Notes: generated by a model not told the origin, from the sequence alone. A DNA stretch of 63,596 bases from a virus (IMGVR_UViG_3300031758_000068:1-63596); one strand, 5' to 3'. Counted from the stretch's first letter, positions 37,801-45,005 are shown. A program made the numbers and translations.

Positions 37801-39007
37801 AAAACAAGGTAAACAAGTTGTATTTGATACTACTAATCTTACAAAAGATAAGAGAAGAACATTTATTGAAGCTATCAGAAAAGAAATACCTAATGCTAAT
37901 ATTCAGTATAAGCTTATGGCTTTGGATCCTGAATTAGCAAAACAAAGGATTAAAGCTGATATTGCTGCAGGTAAGAATAGAGCTAATGTTTCAGATGAAA
38001 CTATTGATAGACATGCTGCTTCTTACGCGCAAATGTTGGAAGACATTAAGTCTGAGGGTATGACTGAGTATGTTTCTAATGTTAAACCTACAGTAGATGT
38101 TATAGAATTAGAACCAGGTCTTGATTATATGCCAAAAGCTTTAACTGTAGAGGAACAAAAACAGTTCTTTGAGTTTGGTAAAGATGTACTTGAGAAAAAT
38201 GGTTATAATCCTTTCCCTGCTTATGTGATGGCTTCTGCTGGACAAATGGAATGGAGTCCTTTATTTGTAGTGGATAAAGAAGGTAAAGGTGTAGATAGAA
38301 ATGGTCCTTATAATGAGTCTATTATATCAATCAAGAAAAGTCTTGGTGGTCAAGATAGTAAAGATAAGAGATGGAACTACAATTATTACTTAAGTAACTT
38401 TGATGGTACGCCTATCATGCCTATTCCCTATAATATCATTAGCATATTGGAAAAGATTACAGGTCAGGATATGTCAGATTATGATACAGTACTTATTAAC
38501 TTGTACCCTATTGGTAGAACACTAGGTTGGCATCAAGATACTACTGAAGACTATAGAACTTTAGATAGAGATATTATCTCCGTATCCATTGGTGCTAATG
38601 CAGACTTTACTTATAATAATGCTAAAGGAATTGTATATGCGCCTAAACCTGGTACAAAAACATCAGGAACACAAACATTGTCAAGCGGTGATGTGATGGT
38701 ATTTGGTGGTGAATCAAGACTAGTTCAACATACTGTAACTAATGTACAAGGAACAACTAATTTAGGCCAGATTAATCTTAACAATTCTAATGTCAACAAA
38801 TACTTTAACGGAGGTTTGATGTTAGATAACTGGAGAATGAACTTTACCTTTAGAGTAGCCGCTGCAGAAAATAATAATGGTAAGAGATCTCTTGAAGAAG
38901 TGCAACAAGCGCCTGTAGCACCGGGAACACAGCTTACATTATTTGATGAAAACGCGCCTGAAGGACTACCTCCGTCTAAAAGATCTAGTAAAAAGTGTAA
39001 TAATTAG
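25880..39007 (+). CDS. Virion RNA polymerase of crAss-like type (~4375 aa) with a zincin domain and C-terminal ASCH, P-loop kinase and AlkB-like domains
   Basis: Catalytic GGDFDVD (DxDxD at 33794-33808) preceded by GPRIP, ESDGAGYIT near 32441, and HEAFH...EEMLAEDF at 28652. The ATG at 25880 overlaps the upstream TAA (TAATG) and is preferred to the TTG at 25868. Confidence 0.92.
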   Translation: MITCILLDNEISMLYTAVTAFVEDRVKNDKPLDAEDIMKQIYNKIAKSHSPEKAAEFVQHVPRIIIDLLNTAYQGKVNISPQAFGELWGASTAFYAEDGINTIIQRFKPKRKSKADSTAEKKTRKRSNPNKKTKDNLEEKEEPVEEPTEKRYKSFSALKGTIQEYLKRNPTTKRILVPEKVDSNRVVMQTTLKRLASTFDIDDDGLAAIKYQNEFLKLKAIRLDKFAKEFPNQIDATTMQEITRSEGMVNKGVASADVAQTADRVVIVVTDGKGNVLFFNEDGNIVSEKEGKPVYQFMYDVRKSGDRLVVTDIYGKEEKIATPELIAEKTYNKETDGPLKEYIEKIRKAQQEEFQRLYDLKKSVISGKDQELIFDGVSEGLTSDINNVYIPLNQLRSLGVDRKVFKTIETLKTPEGGLSKGMAVIEFNGTKFELDRSDLSSDIVNQIAEVLTNKNIPFRKRLDFAQQFLSNDINPTARRHTLIYDVDKKILNLSVYQYTTQESWEFVKETTDPVSEKTIKEFEAKRTPLNNQRYKFYYIAPGTVINGKEYKQGTYRLFEFNDSKGRGQNTTLYLSDDALAKATPEVLANVKAGIIDALERGYYQPKFERFMPTKLNYAEHLLDSGQYEVYDAATGKFQKKDYIDFLMNLESTVSVKTKDPGFYNAYMSFTIPSDANLERQETEEEIPSVFVPLNPFESGVEETDLNKLAHSIYKQLETYGQTSEWIDYLEDQGIVSNSANTGFYVANLLRQQFEKNAQNAYTKELANAITDVFIASRIGTEKQRAFINKGIEGLPSQPFTPPASSMASIIEQATVPEAPNPTNTNTNAAKETETDSGYDFDELERGEGLSGKTTRAQRRKANKWWNTSETGKKFQEVIELSHLANLVNSNAFAEFTVAGATLIDNSKLGQIKINPLKGSMVDVYHEAFHVFTQLFLTKAEKIVLYKKVKEYTDANGNQPYKNMTYFQIEEMLAEDFRTYAKDKTLKDNIPVKNTIFRRMLKFLQAMFSKIKGLLPISKQDVVVDSSSIPAINELFENLYYNKNNFLNNYQPLIKNIRFNVLNRGITKVNNSREDALSTTDSDLMVATMDSIISEEIDRLHDDRKDQGVTKSLKAGVINLLTSDKNRTVLYKNIKKRLTEDLEREKAKLFLQPNVKKFSEFTSLEDIKENAVGVMKNAKGEDKYIFLRSQIDDFSELSADIKKGARVKGEKYFDIPIVADFYVHKTLKSGKKTVDIMVVSQLSDAQVQYENYVKGGAKAFTEPVMKEGVEDSVLTQEQELVLDNVRILQATLDNFGDPEYWKDGRIPAGVIKYHLEKSRFTLLRKSYVDMEYDPDNDYESDDYEDEENEDGIPTNEEAELEAKNKELTNDSKVGKYSLQQLADNSTLYILSSLFYVDANGNNELDRFGHKKLSNFKDTWNIVAKSIAGMQDAELMYSTLNKLKNTYPILRQLVEKKLPNPKYDPERGMAITNSFEVDNIVGFWQTFRRPKVPYIQLMYFPIVETQTDYLTGNIEFVTVGYDSEMRYASVDGNTIIKRFQNEFASSPETEFISKVNNTSILNLDAAISKFSTKDGNLNTDKAIEFARAIGIYLDNTDALEKTINDNMNEYGIPYLFNIAKDIKNLQDKLKEPNNNLSTEAINLVNDFKKDPIGILKGKIRATLVPSVKAKKGVVEQKNIIVKLAELNAKLGYETMNFGIKNANGDTVYENIDINSLYMQVNGLNTMESLDEAWTKPEYSYMSYLDPTRNAYTQRSILLNSMFNIETFMYDRRGERTIELAMDDGTRIPGKNLGNTTGTLTPMGKFNQELTLMLKSGANNMFQNADKQTTPIIRLLGGIIGEKSERGLDDHLYVDTNMFAPQAGPGATAGELYAVNRVLIQNLATEFDRIVMVKENRDEVAKIKGPNQTVDYDKDGKPLMAAEVFVAFDDVLGKDTKEALYELAEDWDGDIVEYLHSPENANLWNTIQNDIIKYFRAEVALNMSLFEDFSYDKVLVEKTGIPEVPADTIDKAAAELERKGAIRKTLMTSFTYNSWIHNFEIIHLFFGDISQFNHLKEELQKRNAGNTSGGLGFMNSPFFNNFINNVFNAAQKNAKTGDIVGPTTYAQALNVRDNAQDTDKDYDNFVYNGRLNTGVIADAERESVYIKEMSESWREMYEEDYKEAIPNEAERKAFIDKLIEYDVDPYMKMTESDGAGYITIDAYRTLKKASKQWTYEQEQLYKKLVAGEKLTPKEVKEFFPPYKLQYYGPLHETVISVVGMHKFALTPLVPGALGGAQLQKLHEEMLRSNRQYVLFGSGSKVSTVTLDGNFDDVFLNDKQKAIKTGDDFQTANNIIYVEYLKDVTSVNSTFKKKVTAGTQQRVMFVDNFFKDGQIVNPEENKELVEGYVQNSRNITNVLIAELLNEIGFVYKDGMYQASGNSVEKFVNTIKKGLGKKAVPKHLIDLVGVNVGGQATMDYSLHPIADDIEALATALIQKRIIRQKAKGEPLIQVPSTLYNGLWDTDFELITDEKEIEKLLGSNNLPFYRRGKKDPKTGKYGPSSMMKVAITMQADFENLYQRLDLNGKKIAESPDPLALLNKLIQNDEWLDKDDNRFAISVTGPRIPTDGINLVEGAEVWHFFEPQMGNIVVVPTEIVAKTGGDFDVDKLNFEYAYIDGDGFSLSKPLSNAEFKAKLTEATEKIAQRAEDRKKGKKKAKGEEEEVIITPSAIINAQKKALHNQSIQLRLDILRLPDTFANLTKPNSTYLVEQYAELVAAAQPYKKLDNRTIKGYKFDPKNKDKAVMSSTRTLEIGYNMHKFEVNLSSGQLTLGITAKQNKQHVIDNEIGAKMPDSYYETVWKDGKYVPTKRRYLVDLHFNHNTTTNKAGKEVISLAGLQTRKGTRITSINSHNLNGILDRAKKSFPGELNMVPETMPIINHLIEAGVDEEQALYFVNLPLIKKYVKLQREFADVYGKIRMVAPDNSSMNKFQAAEKTVAEYEASGAKEYRLVNDIRLQATIDRLMVTLNELNPTTQISVYFGQKVGYVQMPASQLKKGLQSGDVPPFVVRGINLYDEKLAFPLQKQLYKPSSSIVSTANYYYAKRIAFDKVFGSQEAVFNTNLITDSITKNDTTSRLALAFLLHYIQIEHQLKGMQEAAALMSPDTSFVKTIQQVRNRQQRIADLKKSGKIDDSLMDDFEKKSILGSFRIDQLMMDTIEPLFPLRLDRDISEYIEDATNRFSNTIAARFGQGIEGKERFSSMFNNAVVTSLFQNTLSNFPNAKIIDEDLMLPEGYKGYKISINDKQAEAVKIENGVISINIELTKSDFADGMYLDNVNKPESYLGRGLFAFDAERDPFVRVIPKDKGGLLAGTSFRYFSNYVLFTVQRELLRTNNPIEKVREEYMFQDLMSQFNLDEPAAYEMYLVKRALRNSFNPGYVMGLSQFNYTDDVMRLLNQFPVLKQKFGIASQLAPESRTKTDKNIIVLNDSKATGDVADGYHNDLVQLGDITIRKGSDAENKYISDTFKFFSEMMYYQHGIGYSSFGFVKVYDSAGYITLMRTVGINYLQNPIDENQLEGITINLLDNSDIFKNYVVTSGFKRMVTDTAFEEYDEEDMLNELEQMNRKAKNPLVAEVIEAINAVETTNPFRAKDIEMFKDADAFIGFETTLNDPRLDAKSSTKVYRQAFGNLANKGKYTPDEVVALSGSGNFNRGGVDLTTAIQEDFKNKYKPEILRAIDSGVSTFLLGSYNDQRNLQDYYIQKYLESKGYTASTVVVGKYEYYKFTKEGAVASGDIESLKKAADALPSIEQNFADGTGGRTMEPQFKGKSTMDLILSGDRTRTTRAKTDISRMIKDYGLTKIEDLVGMVIRMTDKKGNLAYTRITKVAPFTQEYQDATWQKEGWTKDVTDKNVGNYPYAIEFELVKEPVVNRPASSEADVILPIGTSGSGKSTFISSLPQENLVVISPDEMRIEFTGDIDNKSKDKEIYTEAAKRAISAIKQGKQVVFDTTNLTKDKRRTFIEAIRKEIPNANIQYKLMALDPELAKQRIKADIAAGKNRANVSDETIDRHAASYAQMLEDIKSEGMTEYVSNVKPTVDVIELEPGLDYMPKALTVEEQKQFFEFGKDVLEKNGYNPFPAYVMASAGQMEWSPLFVVDKEGKGVDRNGPYNESIISIKKSLGGQDSKDKRWNYNYYLSNFDGTPIMPIPYNIISILEKITGQDMSDYDTVLINLYPIGRTLGWHQDTTEDYRTLDRDIISVSIGANADFTYNNAKGIVYAPKPGTKTSGTQTLSSGDVMVFGGESRLVQHTVTNVQGTTNLGQINLNNSNVNKYFNGGLMLDNWRMNFTFRVAAAENNNGKRSLEEVQQAPVAPGTQLTLFDENAPEGLPPSKRSSKKCNN

Positions 39008-39022
39008 TATATTTATAATATA
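39003..39022 (+). promoter_or_regulatory. TATATTTA promoter-like box upstream of the gene at 39034
   Basis: ATTAGTATATTTATAATATA matches the motif at 10121 and 16018. Confidence 0.55.
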
Positions 39023-39033
39023 AAATAAGTGAG

Positions 39034-42000
39034 ATGCCTTGTAGAATTAAGATAAAGGAGAACCTTGAAGGAGAAGTATATGACTTGGCAAGACCAGGTA
39101 CATATGGTACTGCTAAACAAGCAAGGGATCTAGCTGTGCGCATTAATCAAATGTACAATGACAGTGTTGTAAGATTTACAAGATCTGAAGCTGACATACT
39201 TAATATTGATGTCACAATTCCAGACTCTTTAATTGATAGATACTTTGCTAATGAGTTAAGACTTGAAGAAGAGGAGGCAAGACATGCTCTAAGAGCGGAT
39301 GCTGTAAGAGCAGGAGTTGATTATTCAGATGATTACCTAAAGCAGAATGAAGTAGATGACTATGACTTAGATATTGCTAAGCAGTTTGAACTTTCTGTAA
39401 AGGGTTCTCAAAGAGCAAGAGCTAATGAGATTGCTTTCAAGTTAGGTGAGAAGTTTAGAGTAGCCTTTGACATGGAGTATCAGCAAGTATCAGCTGACTA
39501 TGCTTATGAGTTACTTAAGGATACTAAGACACCGTATAACGGTGAACCGGCATTCTACTTTAACAACATAGTGTACTTTGTAGATGATAACTTTAATGTT
39601 GAGAACCTATTTCACGAGTACTCTCACCCTTTCTTACAAGCAATAAGAAGAGATAACCCTGTTTTATTTGAGAAGTTGTTTGCCCAGTTGTCTGCTACAT
39701 TTGCAGGTGACCGTATTATTGCTGACTTAGTAAATGAGCAGAAACAAAAGGTAGAGTCTAAGAGACTTACCGGTGATAGACTAAAAGAAGAAGCTCTTGT
39801 CCGTGCCATGGAGTACAGTGCCATGAAGAAGATTGACAAGGTTACTGAATCAGACAGTGCGTTCAAAGCATTTATGACTAATCTTCTATATGCTATCAAA
39901 AAGATTATCCAAAAGCTTGTAGGTAGAACAGACTTAAGCAAGTTGAGTGCTAATACAACTTTGGATGAGCTTGTTGACATGATGTTGACTAAAGAGTTCA
40001 AGATTGAAACCCAGGCGCTGAAGAATTCTGATGTGGCTGAGTTTGCTAGAAACGCTAAGACAGACATAGAAAAGCTAGTAGAAGAATTAAAAAATACTGA
40101 TGCTCAAGATTTCATTGACACCTTTAATAAGTTCTATACAGGGATTGACTATCAGCTAAAGCAGTTAGAGAAAACACCAAAGGATGTACAGAGAATGCTG
40201 CAGAAAGGTCAAGAGGATGGAAGCATTGATGGTAGAAGACTGTTGCGCAATGTAAAAAACTACATGAGCAAAGGTCAGACTGTATATACTAACCTTTCTG
40301 ATATTAATCCTGAAGATTTAATTGAAGCAATTAGAGCTCAAGAAAAAGAGTTCAACAAGCGCGCAATCAACATGATCAAGAGTATCAATGAGATTGAAGT
40401 ATTTGCCCGCAGGATTCAGACTATAGTAAAAGACATGCGTACCAAGAAGATACATCTTAAACCGGATGGTATGGCTGTGGTAGATTACTATATCTCATTC
40501 ATGGAAGAACAGCAACGTTTTATTGATGACATTCTAAAAACACTTAAGCTAGATGAGGAAACTTTATTTACTAAGAAGCTATTATCTATTGAGCGTGTAA
40601 TTAAGAACTCTTTGGGTGATGCATCTAAGTTGAGATTTGACGGAATGGTTAACTGGTTTACTGAAAACGCTGACTTAGTGAATGAATCTATTCAAGGTAA
40701 GCTTGAGACTAAGTTGATGTTGATACTGTCTCCGCAAGGTTTTACTGAACAAGAAATAACAGACTATATTACTAAGCTAAAAACAAGAGGTAACTTAGAT
40801 AAGTTTTCAAAAGCAGATATTGATTTAGGAAGACCTGTAACAAGTGACACATACATAGCAGAAGCAGTAAGAAACTTTGGAAAGAAATATATTACCGCAG
40901 AGAGTATTGCTAGAATGCTTAAGGGAGAAGGTGGTGATATAAATACTATTAGTGCTAACATCTTGTCCTATACAAATATCAATGACCAAATGGGTATTTT
41001 CTATAGAGAGATGAAGAATGAGTTGTCTAATGCTGCAGCTAAGTCTCATGAACAGGAAATAGAATTGATAAAGGCTATTCTTCCTCATCTTAATGCTCTA
41101 GGGTATAACCCTAATAAAACCCACATGCTTGCAGACTTGATGACATTTGTTGATACTATTGCTGTTGTAGAAGACGGTGAATTAAAACGGATGCAAATTA
41201 GATCTGTGCTAGATAAATTTATTAATTGGCGTGCGGATAAGGGGGAACTGGAATATGCTTTGGAAGAAGCTAGAGAAAAGAAGGATAGAGCTGCAATTAA
41301 GAAAGCCATGCAGGATCTATGGAACTTCCATAATACTTACATGAATAGACAATACAAGGATGAAGTCTATAATGTTCAGAATATATGGAGACAAACCAAT
41401 ACTGTATATGACCCTGTGACTAAGACTGATTTAGTAGTGTCCGCAGATGAATCTACAGAGGCATATCTTGAAAGACAAGAGGCACTTGACCAAATGAGTC
41501 TCTATAGTTCTACAAGTGTGTTTACTGAATTGGATGACCTCTATGAAGAACCAGAATCTAAAGAAGCGCGCAGAGAGTATCAGCAGTTATATGAAGTCTA
41601 TGATTCTTTTGGTGTACCAAAGTCTGAAGAGGAAAGAAAAAAAGTTCTAGTACGTCAGTTGTACAGAAAAGAATCTAAGAAGTTCTATGAGCCAAAGGTT
41701 AACTATGACCAGTTCCAGAGAGACTTTGACAACTTTGTACTTACAGAACTTGCATCTGAGGGTATTGATATGGATGATGTGGACTTTGACAAGTACATTC
41801 AAAAGTTCATTGACAAGAATACACGTTTGGCTTATTCTGATAAGTACTATGAAGACCTTGAGAAGATCTTTGATACTATTAGAACTCTTACAGAAAAGGC
41901 TAAAAACAATACTGTATCTCTACAACTTGCAACTCTGTATAAGCAAAGAGCTATTCTAGTTAATGTGGTTACAGATAAGAACGGTACTCCTGATGGTATT

Positions 42001-44967
42001 GAACTCAACCCTGCTCAAAGAAAGAAGTTACTAGAAATAGAAAAAGAAATTGTAGAGCTTCAGGAAAAGTATGACAGACAAACCGGTATCAGTAAAGAAG
42101 ATATGGCTTGGATGGCTAATATAGAAAAGCAAATCAAGCTAAATAAAACTATTGATCCTGTAGATATGGAAAAGTACAAGACACTTTTCAATATCAAAAA
42201 TGACTTGGGTCTCAGCAAACAAGAGAATGCTGACTTGAGAGCTGCCTTTGCTGAGCTTTCTGACTTGAGAGAGACAACTGCTACTGATGCTTATACTGCT
42301 GCATTTGATAATACTATAGGAGATGCAACAGCAATCCTAGAAGAGAAAGGAATGCTTGAGGCAAAAGACTTTCCAGGTGGTAATATTGTACAGTTAACGA
42401 GAGAGAATGCTGATGAGTGGATTAATTCACCTATCATAAAAAAGGTAATGGCAGTAAACCCAGAGTTTGCTACATGGTTTAAAGCTAACCACTACCTGAA
42501 GCCTTCATATGACCAAGCTACAAATTCATACATACCAAAGTACGTTAGAATAAAAGCATGGAGTGTTACAAGACCGGTTGATCCCGAGCACTATCAGATG
42601 ACTGATCTCATTAACCCTATTACTAAAAAACCAATCAGAGTTCAAGGTGTACCTGTAGGTAAATATTCTTACCGTAGTATTAAAGATGAGTACCGTACTA
42701 TACCTAGAAATGCTAACCGTGATAGTTATGTAGGTACCATCATTGACAACCAAGGAAACTATTTGCCTAAAGTAGTTCCTATTGGTAGCCCTAATGATAA
42801 GTACATGAACAAAGAGTACTTTGAATTAATGAAGAATCCTAACTCTGCAAGATTTAAGTTGATTGAGGAGTACAAGAAGCAGTATCTTAAGATACAAAAG
42901 GATAGACCATACAGCTCTAAGATGTATCTTGATACACCAAGAATGCGTATCAATGAGAACATGGAATATATGCAATCTGGTAATGCAAGAAATGATGCCT
43001 ATACTAAGTTGGAGCAACTTAAACAAGGTGCAACTTCTCTATTTAAATCTACTACGGATGACCGTGAGTTTGGTTTGAATGCTGATGTTTCTACTCAATT
43101 GATTGCTACTGATATCAACGGTAAACCTATTACCCGTATACCAGTAAGAGGTATGTATAAACTACAGCTTTCTGAAACTACAACAGATATACTTGGGTCA
43201 ACAAGTACTTACTTGTATTCATTGAATGAACAAGAAGCATTGATTAAGAATGAGCCATTAGGAAAAGCTATTCTTAAAATCCTGAGTGATCCTGAGAATG
43301 GATTGAAGGACATGAGCAAAGTGAGCCGTGATATCCAGAAGACCAGAGGTGAGGAAGTATTCTTGCCAGCTGCTACTAAGACATATCAAAGACTAAAAGC
43401 TAATCAATACTACATAGAAAGATTATTCTATGGACAAGCTGCATCTGACTTCCAACAAAACAACCCTGCGCTTACTAAGGTTATCAAAGCTCTCATGAGT
43501 AAAGCAAGTGGTTCATTCATCAACTTGGATATACAGTCTGCATTGAAGAACCGCTATGGTATGACATTCCAGAAGATGGTAGAAGCTGCCGGTGGACAGT
43601 ATATCAGCTACCAATCTATGGCGCGTGGTAAACTTAAAGCTTTCAAAGCTACAGTAGAGTTATCTTCTAAAGGTATTTACTATAAGGCAATGGGACCTAA
43701 GAGTTTACTTATCCAAATGATTGAAAGATTTGACCCGGTAACAGGGAAAACAAAGCAAGACTTTGGTAAATCTAACTCTAGAACTTTCATAAAGGATATG
43801 CTTGACATGACCTTCTTGTTAGATGGTAGAAAGCTATTGGAATTCAACAGTGGTTTGGAAATCTTCTTTGGTATGATGGAGCACAAACAAATTCCAATTA
43901 CAAGAGCAGATGGGAAAGTAGAAAAGATCCGCTACGTTGATGCTTGGGAACTTGGTGATGACCAGATTATCAGACTTAAAGAAGGTATTGATCCTGAGTG
44001 GGATCAAAAACCTATCTCTCATGAGTATGATGGTACTGAAACTCTAGATGAAATTGCTAAGAAATACTCAACTACAGTAGAAGCAATTAAAACTAAGAAC
44101 AAAATCAAAAGCGCTAGTGAGTTAGAACCAGGGGACAAGATTGTAATCTCTACTGCTAAGTTATTTAATGACTTCAAATTAAAGATTCAAGGTACAGGGA
44201 AAAGACTCAACGGTATGATAGCTGAGGAAGATAACCCTCAAGCTAACCAGTATATCCTCTATAACCTATTCTCCTTCTATAAGAAGTTTGCTCTACCTAT
44301 GTTCCTTAACAGATTCCAAACGGATTTGTCTAAAGAGAACAGATGGGGTGAAGTCTATGACTGGGATATGGGAACAACAACCAAAGGATACTATATCACA
44401 GGTATACAGTCAATCATTAAATTGATTAGAAATTTCAAAGAAGCATACCCTGCTATGGATGTAGAAGAAAAGACTGCAATCAAAAAGATGGCTTCTGAAT
44501 CTCTTATGTTGTTAGCTATGGCTCTTGTGGGTATGTTCTTGTTTGGATATGATCCAGGTGATGAAGATAGATTTAATAAACTCAAAGCTATGGAAGAAAG
44601 ATATGGTGCTTTAGGTTGGTTATCAAATGAAGCATTGTACCTATTAATCATGACTAAGAGAGAGAACCAGATGTTCATTCCATTACCGGGTATAGGATTT
44701 GATGAGTGGCTTAGTCTTACAGACAGTACTTCAATTGCAACAGGACCAACATTAGAACTCTATTCTAAACTGTTCATGGATATTATATACTGGGTAAGTG
44801 GAAGTGAGAAAGCAAGATACAAACAAGATGTAGGACCATATGCTTGGCAGACAGAAGGTAGTCTTAAACTATGGAATCACTTTGCAAGTGTATGGGGTAT
44901 CAAAGGTAAGAACGTAGCACCAATCTGGGCAATTAAGAAAGCGGAAGCGTTTGACGCACTCAATTAA
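39034..44967 (+). CDS. 1977-aa giant virion/ejection protein with N-terminal zincin, inserted LysM domain and C-terminal hydrophobic helix
   Basis: HEYSH at 39613 with downstream KEEAL. LysM consensus TLDEIAKKYSTTVEAIKTKNKI...LEPGDKIVI at 44020-44148. Hydrophobic LMLLAMALVGMFLFG near 44503-44547. Confidence 0.8.
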   Translation: MPCRIKIKENLEGEVYDLARPGTYGTAKQARDLAVRINQMYNDSVVRFTRSEADILNIDVTIPDSLIDRYFANELRLEEEEARHALRADAVRAGVDYSDDYLKQNEVDDYDLDIAKQFELSVKGSQRARANEIAFKLGEKFRVAFDMEYQQVSADYAYELLKDTKTPYNGEPAFYFNNIVYFVDDNFNVENLFHEYSHPFLQAIRRDNPVLFEKLFAQLSATFAGDRIIADLVNEQKQKVESKRLTGDRLKEEALVRAMEYSAMKKIDKVTESDSAFKAFMTNLLYAIKKIIQKLVGRTDLSKLSANTTLDELVDMMLTKEFKIETQALKNSDVAEFARNAKTDIEKLVEELKNTDAQDFIDTFNKFYTGIDYQLKQLEKTPKDVQRMLQKGQEDGSIDGRRLLRNVKNYMSKGQTVYTNLSDINPEDLIEAIRAQEKEFNKRAINMIKSINEIEVFARRIQTIVKDMRTKKIHLKPDGMAVVDYYISFMEEQQRFIDDILKTLKLDEETLFTKKLLSIERVIKNSLGDASKLRFDGMVNWFTENADLVNESIQGKLETKLMLILSPQGFTEQEITDYITKLKTRGNLDKFSKADIDLGRPVTSDTYIAEAVRNFGKKYITAESIARMLKGEGGDINTISANILSYTNINDQMGIFYREMKNELSNAAAKSHEQEIELIKAILPHLNALGYNPNKTHMLADLMTFVDTIAVVEDGELKRMQIRSVLDKFINWRADKGELEYALEEAREKKDRAAIKKAMQDLWNFHNTYMNRQYKDEVYNVQNIWRQTNTVYDPVTKTDLVVSADESTEAYLERQEALDQMSLYSSTSVFTELDDLYEEPESKEARREYQQLYEVYDSFGVPKSEEERKKVLVRQLYRKESKKFYEPKVNYDQFQRDFDNFVLTELASEGIDMDDVDFDKYIQKFIDKNTRLAYSDKYYEDLEKIFDTIRTLTEKAKNNTVSLQLATLYKQRAILVNVVTDKNGTPDGIELNPAQRKKLLEIEKEIVELQEKYDRQTGISKEDMAWMANIEKQIKLNKTIDPVDMEKYKTLFNIKNDLGLSKQENADLRAAFAELSDLRETTATDAYTAAFDNTIGDATAILEEKGMLEAKDFPGGNIVQLTRENADEWINSPIIKKVMAVNPEFATWFKANHYLKPSYDQATNSYIPKYVRIKAWSVTRPVDPEHYQMTDLINPITKKPIRVQGVPVGKYSYRSIKDEYRTIPRNANRDSYVGTIIDNQGNYLPKVVPIGSPNDKYMNKEYFELMKNPNSARFKLIEEYKKQYLKIQKDRPYSSKMYLDTPRMRINENMEYMQSGNARNDAYTKLEQLKQGATSLFKSTTDDREFGLNADVSTQLIATDINGKPITRIPVRGMYKLQLSETTTDILGSTSTYLYSLNEQEALIKNEPLGKAILKILSDPENGLKDMSKVSRDIQKTRGEEVFLPAATKTYQRLKANQYYIERLFYGQAASDFQQNNPALTKVIKALMSKASGSFINLDIQSALKNRYGMTFQKMVEAAGGQYISYQSMARGKLKAFKATVELSSKGIYYKAMGPKSLLIQMIERFDPVTGKTKQDFGKSNSRTFIKDMLDMTFLLDGRKLLEFNSGLEIFFGMMEHKQIPITRADGKVEKIRYVDAWELGDDQIIRLKEGIDPEWDQKPISHEYDGTETLDEIAKKYSTTVEAIKTKNKIKSASELEPGDKIVISTAKLFNDFKLKIQGTGKRLNGMIAEEDNPQANQYILYNLFSFYKKFALPMFLNRFQTDLSKENRWGEVYDWDMGTTTKGYYITGIQSIIKLIRNFKEAYPAMDVEEKTAIKKMASESLMLLAMALVGMFLFGYDPGDEDRFNKLKAMEERYGALGWLSNEALYLLIMTKRENQMFIPLPGIGFDEWLSLTDSTSIATGPTLELYSKLFMDIIYWVSGSEKARYKQDVGPYAWQTEGSLKLWNHFASVWGIKGKNVAPIWAIKKAEAFDALN

Positions 44968-45005
44968 AAAAAAAGGGGAGAACAGCCGTAGCCATTCCCC
45001 CCTTT
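44966..45005 (-). terminator. Intrinsic terminator between the convergent blocks (possibly bidirectional)
   Basis: The minus strand reads AAAGGGGGGAATGGC-TACG-GCTGTTCTCCCC followed by T9: a long stem with G-U pairs and a UACG (UNCG) tetraloop. Confidence 0.85.
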
